From assembly GCA_964623165.1 (NCBI GenBank), contig CAZURN010000001.1:134-64133 (forward strand): DNA of 64,000 bases, given 5' to 3'. Source of the DNA: an uncultured Syntrophobacteraceae bacterium. Its GTDB lineage: Bacteria > Desulfobacterota > Syntrophobacteria > Syntrophobacterales > Syntrophobacteraceae. Below are positions 42,607-51,908 of this stretch, one piece after another. The position numbers and the translations under genes are program-made. Under the pieces are notes generated by a model. The model had not been told where the DNA came from, searched no databases, and was given only the letters and a program-made list of their open reading frames with translations. The stretch's first letter is position 1, and the number at the start of each line of letters is the position of its first letter.

Positions 42607-43566
42607 TCACCGTTCCATCATTGTGCCCGGGGATTTGAACACCAGCCAGCGCTGTTTCTTCAGGGACTGCCTGGGCCATAGCTGGTAAGGCCGCGTTTTC
42701 CAACGTTGATGGAGCCAGAGCCAATGATCAGGATGGCGCCGTATCTCGCTCTCGATGATTCGATTGAACTGGGCTGTGTTCTCTTCGATGTCCCTCGTTG
42801 TGTCCCCGGTTCGGATGATGGGTACCTCGGGACCGAAGGTTGCGGCGTACCGACCATCCTCCATGCGCACATTGTGCACCGGAACGACGGGTGCATGAGT
42901 ACGCAGGGCCAGAACGGCCAGAGCCTTGTTGGTGCAGGCAGTCTCATTGAAAAAGGGAACGAAGACACCATCATACCAGTCCACATTCTGATCGACGAGC
43001 AGGGCCACCATTTGCCCGTTCCGCAGGAGTCTCAGGATCTGCCTTACGGATCCCTTCTTCGGGATCATGGTGCTTCCGCCCCGGGAGCGGATCCTGTTCA
43101 CGATGCGGTCGAGAAGAGCGCTATCCAGTGGCCGAACCACAATATTCAAAGGGTTGTACTTGAGAGAGAAGGCGAGGGACATGAGTTCCCAATTCCCAAA
43201 GTGGGAAGTCATGACCAAAACGCCTTTTCCCTTTGCCATGGCGGTTTCCAAGTTCTCAACGCCAGAGAATTGGATGAGCCTGTCCTGGTTGTCCCCGGTC
43301 AAACCCGGCAGATAGGACAATTCCAGGGCAACCCGCGTGAGGTGCTCAAACACCCCCCTGCAGATCCTCCTCCGGTCCTCGGCGTTCAGTTCATCGCCAT
43401 AGGCCAGTTCCAGGTTGCGCAGGGCAATGATGCGATGCCTGGAATCCATCCTGTGCCACAACGCGCCAAAGACCCGTGCAAATGAACTCAAAGTCCTGGG
43501 AGGACACCGTCCAAGAACTAGCAGAAGATTTTCAGCAATCTGGAGCGCCTTGCCCTCCAACTCCAT
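42607..43566 (-). CDS. Lipid A late acyltransferase family protein (LpxL/HtrB-like)
   Basis: MTSHFGNWEL (H-x4-E/D acyltransferase motif) with family-typical length and position beside msbA. Confidence 0.82.
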   Translation of the reverse strand: MELEGKALQIAENLLLVLGRCPPRTLSSFARVFGALWHRMDSRHRIIALRNLELAYGDELNAEDRRRICRGVFEHLTRVALELSYLPGLTGDNQDRLIQFSGVENLETAMAKGKGVLVMTSHFGNWELMSLAFSLKYNPLNIVVRPLDSALLDRIVNRIRSRGGSTMIPKKGSVRQILRLLRNGQMVALLVDQNVDWYDGVFVPFFNETACTNKALAVLALRTHAPVVPVHNVRMEDGRYAATFGPEVPIIRTGDTTRDIEENTAQFNRIIESEIRRHPDHWLWLHQRWKTRPYQLWPRQSLKKQRWLVFKSPGTMMER

Positions 43567-43596
43567 CTTTCTTGACTCCCTCCGGACATGACTCCG

Positions 43597-45375
43597 CTAA
43601 TCGCGGGCGGCTTCCTCATTTGTGGAAGTGGTGCTCGAATCGAACTGGGACAACTGGAGTTCATAAAGCCGCCGATACTCGCTCGCCGTGCGCATGAGGA
43701 GTTCATGACTCCCTTCCTCGACGATTTGCCCATCGGCAAGGGCCACGATGCGATGAGCATTCTGAATCGTCGAGAGCCGGTGGGCGATGACGAGGGTGGT
43801 CCTGCCCACCATGAGATTCTCGAGTGCCTTCTGCACCTCGAGTTCCGATTCGCTGTCCAGGGAGGAAGTGGCTTCATCCAGGATGAGTATAGGCGCGTTC
43901 TTGAGGATCGCTCGGGCAATGCAGAGCCGCTGCCGCTCACCGCCTGAGAGCCTTACGCCCTGTTCGCCAATCATCGTTTCGAACCCCTGGGGCATCCTCA
44001 TGATGAAGTCATACGCATGTGCAGCCTTGGCTGCCGCCTGGATCTCCTCCTCTGATTTTCCACTGCTGCCATACGCGATGTTGTTGCGCACTGTGTCGTT
44101 GAAAAGAAAGGGTTGTTGGGTGACGAGGCCGATCTGGCCCCTCAGGGAAGCGAGGGTCGCCTCACGGATGTCCGTGCCATCAATGAGAATGGCCCCCTGG
44201 TCGACATCATGGAATCTTGGGATGAGGCTCACCAAGGTGGATTTGCCTGCACCGCTCACCCCGACAATGGCCACCACCTCTCCAGCCCTGACCTTCAGAT
44301 TGATGCCCGAGAGAACTGCCTTGTCTCCATAACAAAACGTGACGTTCCTGAATTCGATGTTTTCTCTCATGGGGGCGAGGGTGACGGCGTTGGGCTTCTC
44401 CTGGATCTCTGGCTGAGTGTCCAGGATTTCGAACACCCTGATCCCGGCAGCCAGACCCTGCTGTATGGCATTGTATACGTTGGTGAGGCGCTTCACCGGT
44501 TCATAGAGCATGATGACCGCAGCGAGAAAGGAAAAGAAGTTGCCCGGCGTGGACTTGCCTTGAATGACGCTGTAGCCGCCGTAAACGATGATGGCCACGA
44601 TGCCGATCCCCCCGAGGAACTCCATGAGGGGGGATGAAAGGGCCCGAATGGAAACGGACCTCATGCTGTGCTCGAAGAATTTCCTATTGTCCTCCGCGAA
44701 CCGCTTCTTTTCGTAGTCCTCCATGCAAAACGCTTTGACGATGCGATGCCCAGTGATGGTCTCGTGCAGGATCACGGAAAGGTTGCCATACGTCTGCAGG
44801 GTGCTTGAAATCGTGCGCCGCAGCATACGGCCGAACCTGACCAGGGGGAGAAAAGCCACTGGGAGCACCGCGATGGCGATCATGGCCAGTTGCCAGTCCC
44901 TGTAGAAGACCACCACAAGGAGCCCCACTATGCTGAAGCAATCTTTCAGGAGCCCGGTGATGGAATCAGACACGGCGGACTGCATCTGATTCACGTCATT
45001 GACGATACGGGCCATGATGGAGCCGGTTTGAGTCTTGTCGTAAAAAGAAACGGAAAGATCCTGGAGGTGATCGTAGAGATCCTGACGCAGCTGCGCCACG
45101 ATGCTTTGACCCACGTGGCTCATGAAGTACGTGTTCCCCCAAGTGCACAGGCCCTTGACGATAAAAACAACCAGCACAGCCAGGGAAAGCAGTTCAAGCA
45201 TGTCCATCTTCTTGTTCACGAAGATGTCGTCCAGGACGGGTTTCACCAGGTAGGCGGATGCTCCGCTGGTGCCCGCCACTCCCAGCATGCAGACCATCGC
45301 TAGCATGAGCCTTCGCCAATGGGGCTTGGCAAGCTTCAGCAGTCGGGTATAGACTCCCACCAGTTCCTTGTTCAT
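43597..45375 (-). CDS. msbA: Lipid A export ABC transporter, fused permease/ATPase
   Basis: Six-TM N-domain, Walker A GVSGAGKST, signature LSGGERQR, Walker B ILILDEATS. The start ATG at 45375 overlaps the upstream stop (ATGA). The ORF-track start adds 86 non-homologous residues. Confidence 0.88.
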   Translation of the reverse strand: MNKELVGVYTRLLKLAKPHWRRLMLAMVCMLGVAGTSGASAYLVKPVLDDIFVNKKMDMLELLSLAVLVVFIVKGLCTWGNTYFMSHVGQSIVAQLRQDLYDHLQDLSVSFYDKTQTGSIMARIVNDVNQMQSAVSDSITGLLKDCFSIVGLLVVVFYRDWQLAMIAIAVLPVAFLPLVRFGRMLRRTISSTLQTYGNLSVILHETITGHRIVKAFCMEDYEKKRFAEDNRKFFEHSMRSVSIRALSSPLMEFLGGIGIVAIIVYGGYSVIQGKSTPGNFFSFLAAVIMLYEPVKRLTNVYNAIQQGLAAGIRVFEILDTQPEIQEKPNAVTLAPMRENIEFRNVTFCYGDKAVLSGINLKVRAGEVVAIVGVSGAGKSTLVSLIPRFHDVDQGAILIDGTDIREATLASLRGQIGLVTQQPFLFNDTVRNNIAYGSSGKSEEEIQAAAKAAHAYDFIMRMPQGFETMIGEQGVRLSGGERQRLCIARAILKNAPILILDEATSSLDSESELEVQKALENLMVGRTTLVIAHRLSTIQNAHRIVALADGQIVEEGSHELLMRTASEYRRLYELQLSQFDSSTTSTNEEAARD

Positions 45376-46466
45376 TCGCGCGTTTCTTCCATGAGCTCTT
45401 TCGCTGCAGAAAGCACGTCCTCCACCGTGATGGCTTTCATGCACCGGTGATCGGTAGGACATACCCTTTTTAGGCAGGGAGAACAATCCGCTGCTTTGCG
45501 CACCATGCGCCACCTGTCCGTGAAGGGAGAGGTCGTGGTGTGGTCTGTGGGGCCGAAGAGGGCGACTACGGGCACCCTGAGGGCAGCCGCCACGTGCATG
45601 GGACCAGAGTCGTTGGTGATGAGAAGGCGGCATCGGGAGAGCAGCGCCACAAGCTGGCGCACCGTGGTCTTGCCGACCATGTTCAAGACTTCGGTCGGTC
45701 GGGCTTGGACAGCCGCCTCGATTGCCTGACCGATGGCAGCCTCTCCAGGACTGCCGACCAGCACAATGCGGGCTTCATCATCCTGAATGAGTGCTGCCGC
45801 AACCTTGGCGAACCCTGCCGGGACCCATCGTTTGGCAGACCCATAGGTGGCACCGGGATTGATCGCGATCCAGAATCCCTTTCCCAGCAACTGGCTTGCC
45901 CACAATTCCTCTTTGGGAGTGCAATGGAGACGAAGCCCTCCGTCGCCGCCACTCACCCCGAGTGCTTCCAACATCTTCACGTAATAGTCCGTGTGATGCA
46001 GTGCCTTTGCAGCTCGCCCCACGGGGACTCCGTGGGTGAGTAGGGCACCTCTGCAATCTGTCCGGTACCCGGCGCGGACAGGAATTCTCGCCAAATAGGC
46101 CAAGAGTGCCGCCTCCAGTGCGTTCTGAAAAAGGATCGCCAGGTCAAATCCCTGATGGCGAAGTCCCATTGCGAAACGAAAGAACCCGGGTATCCCCCGG
46201 TGAGTCCCTCCCTTGTCAAAAACCACAACTTCGTCGCAAAGAGGGTGGGGGTTGAACAGCTCAGCCACCAGCGGATTCGCCATCACCGAAATCCGGCTTT
46301 CAGGAAAGGTGGCTCTCACGGCCGCCATGGCCGGTGTCGTCATGACTGCGTCCCCGATCCAGTTGGTGGAGCGGATGAGGATCTTTCGAACAGGAGGGTC
46401 GCGTCCAAGTGTTTTCATAATCATATCAACAAATAAAGAAGACTGCGAAGTGCAGTCTTGGGTCAA
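45372..46466 (-). CDS. Glycosyltransferase family 9 (heptosyltransferase II/WaaF-like)
   Basis: KILIRSTNWIGDAVMTTP and ITNDSGPMHVAAAL. The true start is probably Met15 or Met17. Confidence 0.85.
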   Translation of the reverse strand: MTQDCTSQSSLFVDMIMKTLGRDPPVRKILIRSTNWIGDAVMTTPAMAAVRATFPESRISVMANPLVAELFNPHPLCDEVVVFDKGGTHRGIPGFFRFAMGLRHQGFDLAILFQNALEAALLAYLARIPVRAGYRTDCRGALLTHGVPVGRAAKALHHTDYYVKMLEALGVSGGDGGLRLHCTPKEELWASQLLGKGFWIAINPGATYGSAKRWVPAGFAKVAAALIQDDEARIVLVGSPGEAAIGQAIEAAVQARPTEVLNMVGKTTVRQLVALLSRCRLLITNDSGPMHVAAALRVPVVALFGPTDHTTTSPFTDRWRMVRKAADCSPCLKRVCPTDHRCMKAITVEDVLSAAKELMEETRE

Positions 46467-46581
46467 TCATGATTCATCGGCATTGATGAGTTGCTGCGCA
46501 TAGCGACGAGTCAGACTCGCGGAGCTGAACCGTCACATCGGTGATGGTCGGGAAACAGGCTAATGTTTCGAGCACTTGGGT

Positions 46582-46705
46582 GTGATACGAAGTTCCGGTC
46601 AAGCTGGTGCAACCCAGGGCCTTGCAACTGCCCGATTCGCGGCGCCCACAAGCTAGGCTATATCTTGAAGTCTGCTCGGTTCAATCTCTTGTGAAACTCC
46701 GTATG
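46582..46705 (+). repeat. Intergenic repeat family, copy E
   Basis: GTGATACGAAGTTCCGGTCAAGCTGGTGCAACCCAGGGCCTTGCAACTGCCCGATTCGCGGCGCCCACAAGC...ATCTTGAAGTCTGCTCGGTTCAATCTCTTGTGAAACTCCGTATG. Confidence 0.7.
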
Positions 46706-46960
46706 ACAGAATGCTCAAGCGTCCTCCCGGCCAATGCCGGGTCCAGAGAGCTTCAGGGCCGCTGAACTTCGGAGTGCGCCGTGACGAAGAATGAAGGGCT
46801 TTCATTCTCGCTCATACACCCTGGATCCATCAAGTCCCACCCATGTGACCCCAGTGGAGCCTGGCCGTCCATCGGCCAAGAGCCGTGCCTGGTCCAACTC
46901 GTCCTCAAGGAGGCCAAGGGACAAGCCAAGCAGGTATCCCATGTCCACCGGGATACTTCC

Positions 46961-48160
46961 TCAGCGATTGAGCAGAACCCACTTGCCCTTCTCAACCTTC
47001 ACCATCACCATTGAGTCTGTCCCCAGCCCGTTATGGTCCTCATGGGTCAAATTGTAGATTCCGCTGATCCCCACATACCCTTTGGTTTTCTCAATAGCAC
47101 TCCTCAGGGCTTCCGGGTCGGTTCCCACCTGTCGCATGGCGTTGGAAAGCAAATAGAGTGCGTCCCAGGCGTAACCGGAATGGGTGTTGATGGGATACTC
47201 CTTATCGTACTTGTATTCATCCCGATAAAGCTTAATGAAGTCGAGAATCACCGCCTTTTGGGGATCGTCTTCAGGGAGCTGGTCCGCGACCATGAGCTTG
47301 GTCGATGGCATGATGCTCCCATCGGCAGCGTCACCCGCCAGTTCGATGTACTTGGGATCAGGCTGGCCATGACACTGGATCAATGGAATTGTGAGACCCA
47401 ACTGTTTGACATTCTTGGCGACACGGGCACCGGCCGGGCCGATGGTCCAGCAGATAAGGGCCTGAGCGCCGCTTTCCCGAATCTTCACCAGCTGGGGAGT
47501 CATGTCCGTGTCCGTCACGGCAAAGGATTCCCTGGCGACGATTTCCATCCCGGATCCCGCTGCCAGCTGATCCAGTGCAGCCGCACCATCCTTTCCGAAG
47601 CCGTCCGTTGCCGTAAGGAGGGCGATCTTGGTTTGTTTCTGTGAGCAGAGGTACTCGTAAATCTTCTTGACGGCGATGGTGGTACGCTGCGGAGTCTTGA
47701 AAGTCCAGTTGAAGGGTCCAAACTTGCCCCCTGCAATGACCGGATCGCCGCCGATGGTCATCACGATGGGAATGTGGGCGGTTTCCTCGATGTACGGCTT
47801 GACGGCCATCCCCTCATCGGTTCGGGTGGGGCCGATGAGAGCCACCACCTTCTCCTTTTCCACGAGGCGTTTGGCTTCAATGAGGGCCTTGGTGGGATCG
47901 CTCTCCGTGTCTCCCCCTACGAGTTCCAGGGGCCTCTTGTTGATTCCTCCCTCCTTGTTGATCCTGTCCACCACCATCTGCGCCACCAGTTTCGTTGGAG
48001 TCCCGATGGTCGCAGCAGGGCCGGAAAGGGCGAAGAAGGCGCCGATCCTGATGGGTTCTTCGGCCAGCGAAGGTTGATTGCTCAGGAGAAGTCCCGCAGC
48101 GAGGGCCGCAATGGCCGCGAGACCAACAACAAGCCGGCAGTGCTTTCCAATGTTGCGCAT
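46961..48160 (-). CDS. ABC transporter substrate-binding protein (LivK/branched-chain-amino-acid type, family 4)
   Basis: Signal peptide MRNIGKHCRLVVGLAAIAALAAG, then IRIGAFFALSGPAA, typical of Peripla_BP_6 proteins. GGAG RBS. Confidence 0.85.
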   Translation of the reverse strand: MRNIGKHCRLVVGLAAIAALAAGLLLSNQPSLAEEPIRIGAFFALSGPAATIGTPTKLVAQMVVDRINKEGGINKRPLELVGGDTESDPTKALIEAKRLVEKEKVVALIGPTRTDEGMAVKPYIEETAHIPIVMTIGGDPVIAGGKFGPFNWTFKTPQRTTIAVKKIYEYLCSQKQTKIALLTATDGFGKDGAAALDQLAAGSGMEIVARESFAVTDTDMTPQLVKIRESGAQALICWTIGPAGARVAKNVKQLGLTIPLIQCHGQPDPKYIELAGDAADGSIMPSTKLMVADQLPEDDPQKAVILDFIKLYRDEYKYDKEYPINTHSGYAWDALYLLSNAMRQVGTDPEALRSAIEKTKGYVGISGIYNLTHEDHNGLGTDSMVMVKVEKGKWVLLNR

Positions 48161-48450
48161 GATCGCTCCTTCCCCCGAAAGTCGCCTGTTGGTTACAACC
48201 GTTGAAAGATTAGCAAACCTCAAGCCTTGTGAAACCTCCGAACGACAACGTGTCCATTTTGCAGCCGGCCATGCCTGCAGAGGTCCACATCCAGCGGTGC
48301 CTGAACCCCGGGCCAGACCCGGAGTGACGGGCATGTCTTGTTGACCATTTCATTCGACTGACCGGGGCTAAGTATTGTCCAAAACAACCTTTCGCTGTGT
48401 CGGTGAAAGTGGGTGCCCACGTGAATAGGACGCCACTGTCCCAGCGCCTC

Positions 48451-49749
48451 TTACACCCCGTTGACCCGATGGTCGAACACCCTCTTGCTCTTGCGATCGG
48501 TTCTAGGCAAGGTGCCGTAGGCCACCACCTCCACTTGGGCCCTCACCATGATCTGCTTCCTGATTTCATTGGCGATGATCTCAACGAGTTGCTTGTCGGT
48601 ATCCGGGCAGTCGTCCCCGAGGCGCTCCACCCGGACCACCATGAGATCCCGTCCGTCATCGCGCCGGTAGAGGTGAACCTGGTACTCGCTTCCCACGCAG
48701 GGTATCTGGGAAAGAAGGTGGTCGATCTGGCCCGGGTAGATATTCACGGCCCGATAGATGAACATGTCGTCGGATCGGCCAAGCAGGTGGTCGTGCCGAG
48801 GGAGCAGACAGCCGCAAGGACAAGGCTCGGGAATGAGCCTTGTCAGATCCCGGGTGCGGTAACGGATGAGCGGAGATGCCTCTTTTCTGAGGGAGGTCAC
48901 GACCATTTCTCCGATTTCCCCCGGCGGCACTGGTTCAAGGGTTTCCGGATCCAGAATCTCAAGGATGTAATAGTCGGCCCAATAGTGGACGCCTTGATGG
49001 AATCGGCACTCGAGGCCCGTTCCTGGTCCGTAGAGTTCGGTGAGGCCGGGGATGTCGTAGAGTTCCTCAACGCCCGTGATCTCCATGATGCGGCGGCGCA
49101 TACGCTGGCTGTGCCGTTCAGCGCCGAAAATGAACCGCTTCAGAGCAATCTGGTCCCGGAGTCCGCGTTCCTCGATTTCCTCGGCCATGAGGAGAGCCAT
49201 GGAAGCTGTGGCGCAAAAGACCGTGCTCTGCATGTCCACGAGCATCTGACAGTGAATTTCGGTGTTGGCTGGACCCACAGGGATGGCCATGGCTCCGAGC
49301 CTCTCACAGCCCAACTGAAAGCCCACCCCGGCAGTCCATAGCCCGTAGCCGACGGCGATTTGCACCCTGTCGTTGCGGGTCACCCCGGCCATTTCATAGC
49401 ACCGGGCAAACATGTCCGCCCAATCGTCGATGTCCTTCTGGGTGTAGCTGAGCACCTTCCGCTTGCCAGTGGTCCCTGAAGACGCGTGGATCCGCACGAT
49501 CCTCTCGAAGGGGACTGATCGGAGAGGGAACGGGTACTCCCCCTGCAGGTCCTGGGCTGTGGTGAACGGGAGGCGCCTCAGGTCGTCCATGGATCGTATA
49601 TGGTCAGGGGACACCCCAGCCTCGTCCAGCTTTTGCCTATAATAGGCGGAGTTCCCGTAACCGTGTGAAACAGTCCACTGCAGGCCCTGGAGCTGAACCG
49701 CCGCCAGTTCTCCCTGAGAAGACAGGGCCGGCATGAACGAAACACCCAT
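48451..49749 (-). CDS. Phenylacetate--CoA ligase (PaaK) family adenylate-forming enzyme
   Basis: The N-terminal pattern QLQGLQWTVSHGY..S.YYRQKLDEAGV, HASSGTTGKRKV (P-loop), and the C-terminal ACT-like end are typical of PaaK / F390 synthetase proteins. Confidence 0.85.
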   Translation of the reverse strand: MGVSFMPALSSQGELAAVQLQGLQWTVSHGYGNSAYYRQKLDEAGVSPDHIRSMDDLRRLPFTTAQDLQGEYPFPLRSVPFERIVRIHASSGTTGKRKVLSYTQKDIDDWADMFARCYEMAGVTRNDRVQIAVGYGLWTAGVGFQLGCERLGAMAIPVGPANTEIHCQMLVDMQSTVFCATASMALLMAEEIEERGLRDQIALKRFIFGAERHSQRMRRRIMEITGVEELYDIPGLTELYGPGTGLECRFHQGVHYWADYYILEILDPETLEPVPPGEIGEMVVTSLRKEASPLIRYRTRDLTRLIPEPCPCGCLLPRHDHLLGRSDDMFIYRAVNIYPGQIDHLLSQIPCVGSEYQVHLYRRDDGRDLMVVRVERLGDDCPDTDKQLVEIIANEIRKQIMVRAQVEVVAYGTLPRTDRKSKRVFDHRVNGV

Positions 49750-49890
49750 ACTGAGTCTCCTTGCAGTCTATTGGGTTGTTCAGGATGACCACGAACCTGT
49801 GGTGCCAGCGACACGAACCAGCATGCGAGTTGGGTCCGCTCCTCCATATCAAAAAGATGGGGAATTATCAAAAGACTATTCGCTTTGATA

Positions 49891-51009
49891 TCACCTTGCT
49901 CCCAGCAGAGCAAGGAGTACGCCCCCAGCCACGACGCTCGCGATCTGCCCCGCCGTGTTGGCCCCCATTGCGTGCATGAGGAGGAAATTCTCGAAGTCCT
50001 CCTCCTGTCCCATCTTCTGCACGACCCGGGCAGCCATGGGGAAAGCGCTGATGCCCGCAGCCCCGATCAGGGGATTGAAGCGACCCTTGCTCAACAGGTT
50101 GAGGAACTTGGCAAAAAGGAGTCCTGCCGCCGTGTCCAGTCCGAAGGCAAGAATACCCAAGGCGAGAATGGCGAGGGTCTGCAGCTGCAGGAAGGTGTCC
50201 GCCCGCATGGTTGAACCCACGGCCAGCCCGAGAAACAAGGTCACGATGTTTGCAATTTCATTGGAGGATGCTCCGGTCAGCCGTTCCACGACACCCGATT
50301 CCTTCAGCAGATTACCCAGCATGAGGGTCCCGATGAGGGGTATGGCCATGGGGACTAGGGTCCCCACCACGATGACCACGGCCAGGGGGAAGACAATCCG
50401 TGTCCGGCGGCTGATATGTCTTGACGTGTAAGGCATCCGGATGGAGCGCTCATTCCTCGACGTGAGGGCACGCATGATGGGTGGCTGTATGATGGGCACA
50501 AGGGACATGTAACTGTAGGCCGTCACGGCGATGGGACCCAGCATGTGGGGAGCCAGGAGATTGCTCACATAGATGGACGTGGGGCCGTCAATGGCGCCGA
50601 TGATCCCGATGGATGCCGCTTCGTTGATATCGAACCCCAGCAGTAGGGCCAGGATCAATGTCCCGAAAATTCCAAACTGACCGGCGGCTCCAAGGAGCAT
50701 CATGCGGGGGTTTTCGAGAAGGGGCCCAAAGTCCGTCATGGCCCCTATGCCGATGAAGATGAGCAGGGGAAACAATTCATTGTCCACCCCGGCCTTTTTC
50801 AACACCTCCAACATGCCGTCATCCGCAATCATGGGGGAAAGGGGAAGGTTGGCGAGGATGGCTCCAGCTCCGATGGGCAGGAGCAGCATGGGTTCGTATT
50901 CCTTGACGATGGCAAGGTATATGAGGATGCACCCCACGGCGATCATCAAGAGAGACCCAGGCGACGTGTTCAGGATGCCCTGCAGCAGTTGGTCGAAGGA
51001 AACGGTCAC
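49891..51009 (-). CDS. Sodium-ion-translocating decarboxylase, beta (membrane) subunit
   Basis: Polytopic OadB/GcdB/MmdB-like sequence (EYEPMLLLPIGAGAILANLP, IIGAIDGPTSIY). GTG start overlaps the upstream stop (GTGA). Confidence 0.9.
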   Translation of the reverse strand: MTVSFDQLLQGILNTSPGSLLMIAVGCILIYLAIVKEYEPMLLLPIGAGAILANLPLSPMIADDGMLEVLKKAGVDNELFPLLIFIGIGAMTDFGPLLENPRMMLLGAAGQFGIFGTLILALLLGFDINEAASIGIIGAIDGPTSIYVSNLLAPHMLGPIAVTAYSYMSLVPIIQPPIMRALTSRNERSIRMPYTSRHISRRTRIVFPLAVVIVVGTLVPMAIPLIGTLMLGNLLKESGVVERLTGASSNEIANIVTLFLGLAVGSTMRADTFLQLQTLAILALGILAFGLDTAAGLLFAKFLNLLSKGRFNPLIGAAGISAFPMAARVVQKMGQEEDFENFLLMHAMGANTAGQIASVVAGGVLLALLGAR

Positions 51010-51533
51010 GGTTGTCCCTCCTCGAATTTGGCGAGCACGTCGCCATAGCCCACCTGTTGCCCGGCCTGCACGCAGATCTCTGCCACGACTCCGTCCCTCG
51101 GGGATCGGATGGCATTCTTCATCTTCATGGCCTCGAGGATCACGATGGTCTGTCCATGTTTGACCGAGTCTCCCGCCTTGACTTCCACCGATTGGATCAC
51201 ACCAGGCATGGGAGCGGTCACGTCGGCCCGCAAGCCGTCGGTTGGCAGGTGCGGCTTGGAGGGTAGGGCTGGTGAAGGCGCCTTTCGCGGATGTCCCAGG
51301 ATTGCCGGGTCGGGTGGGCGATAGGTTGTGTCCGGTCGCTCCACGACGGTTTCGTCCCCTTCCCGCACCGGGATCACTGCCGGCGTGATGCGCGATGGGG
51401 CGAGATCCTCATCTGATGAGACTCGGACCTCGATGGCCTGGTCATCCAGGATCACTCGAAACCGGTCTGCTGCAAGCTCCTGCACATCGACCACGTATCC
51501 TTTGCCTTTGATTTCAAGCGTGTAACGTCTCAT
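51006..51533 (-). CDS. Biotin carboxyl carrier subunit of the decarboxylase
   Basis: C-terminal biotinyl domain with VILEAMKMKNAI (AMKM biotinylation site) and a Pro/Ala linker. ATGA overlap with the upstream gene. Confidence 0.88.
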   Translation of the reverse strand: MRRYTLEIKGKGYVVDVQELAADRFRVILDDQAIEVRVSSDEDLAPSRITPAVIPVREGDETVVERPDTTYRPPDPAILGHPRKAPSPALPSKPHLPTDGLRADVTAPMPGVIQSVEVKAGDSVKHGQTIVILEAMKMKNAIRSPRDGVVAEICVQAGQQVGYGDVLAKFEEGQP

Positions 51534-51868
51534 TTGGTCCTCCGGCTGCGATCCCAGGTGCTGTTCTGCAAAGTGCGCCCGACGCTCACCCAGCGGCTGG
51601 GCAAACTCCCCGGCTGATGCTGACGCATGGTTGGGGCGGCCTCCTTCCGAAGCACATCCCGGTGCATGGCCACGGCGACACTCACGGCGGCCAGTGCATC
51701 GGCATCAAGCCAGGAAGGGAGGGCTGGGGCGGGTTCCTGCTCCGGTTCCGGCTGAGCGCGGTCGAATCTAAGGAGCAGCGTGATGCAAAAGGCCATCACC
51801 GCCAGGAGCAGGAAAACCAGGCCCATTCCAAACACGGTGAGTTGGATTCCGATATTGAGCGATTCCAC
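51530..51868 (-). CDS. OadG-family small membrane subunit of the decarboxylase
   Basis: Single N-terminal TM helix (IQLTVFGMGLVFLLLAVMAFCITLLL). GTG start with a GGAGGA RBS. Confidence 0.7.
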   Translation of the reverse strand: MESLNIGIQLTVFGMGLVFLLLAVMAFCITLLLRFDRAQPEPEQEPAPALPSWLDADALAAVSVAVAMHRDVLRKEAAPTMRQHQPGSLPSRWVSVGRTLQNSTWDRSRRTK

Positions 51869-51908
51869 GGGATTCCTCCGATGATTTCCTAGGTTTTCAG
51901 CGTGCCTC

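Noticed and set aside
29394-46705. Reading the repeat family as integron attC sites or cassette boundaries
   Set aside because: The ends do not fit RYYYAAC / GTTRRRY. The genes between copies are in mixed orientation and of multi-gene size. The integrase relic is more than 7 kb away.
38395-46710. Group II intron domain V suspicion from the conserved CCGTATG at the repeat tails
   Set aside because: There is no complementary ACGTACGG arm, no GNRA-capped 34-nt hairpin, and no GUGYG 5' end or reverse transcriptase ORF.
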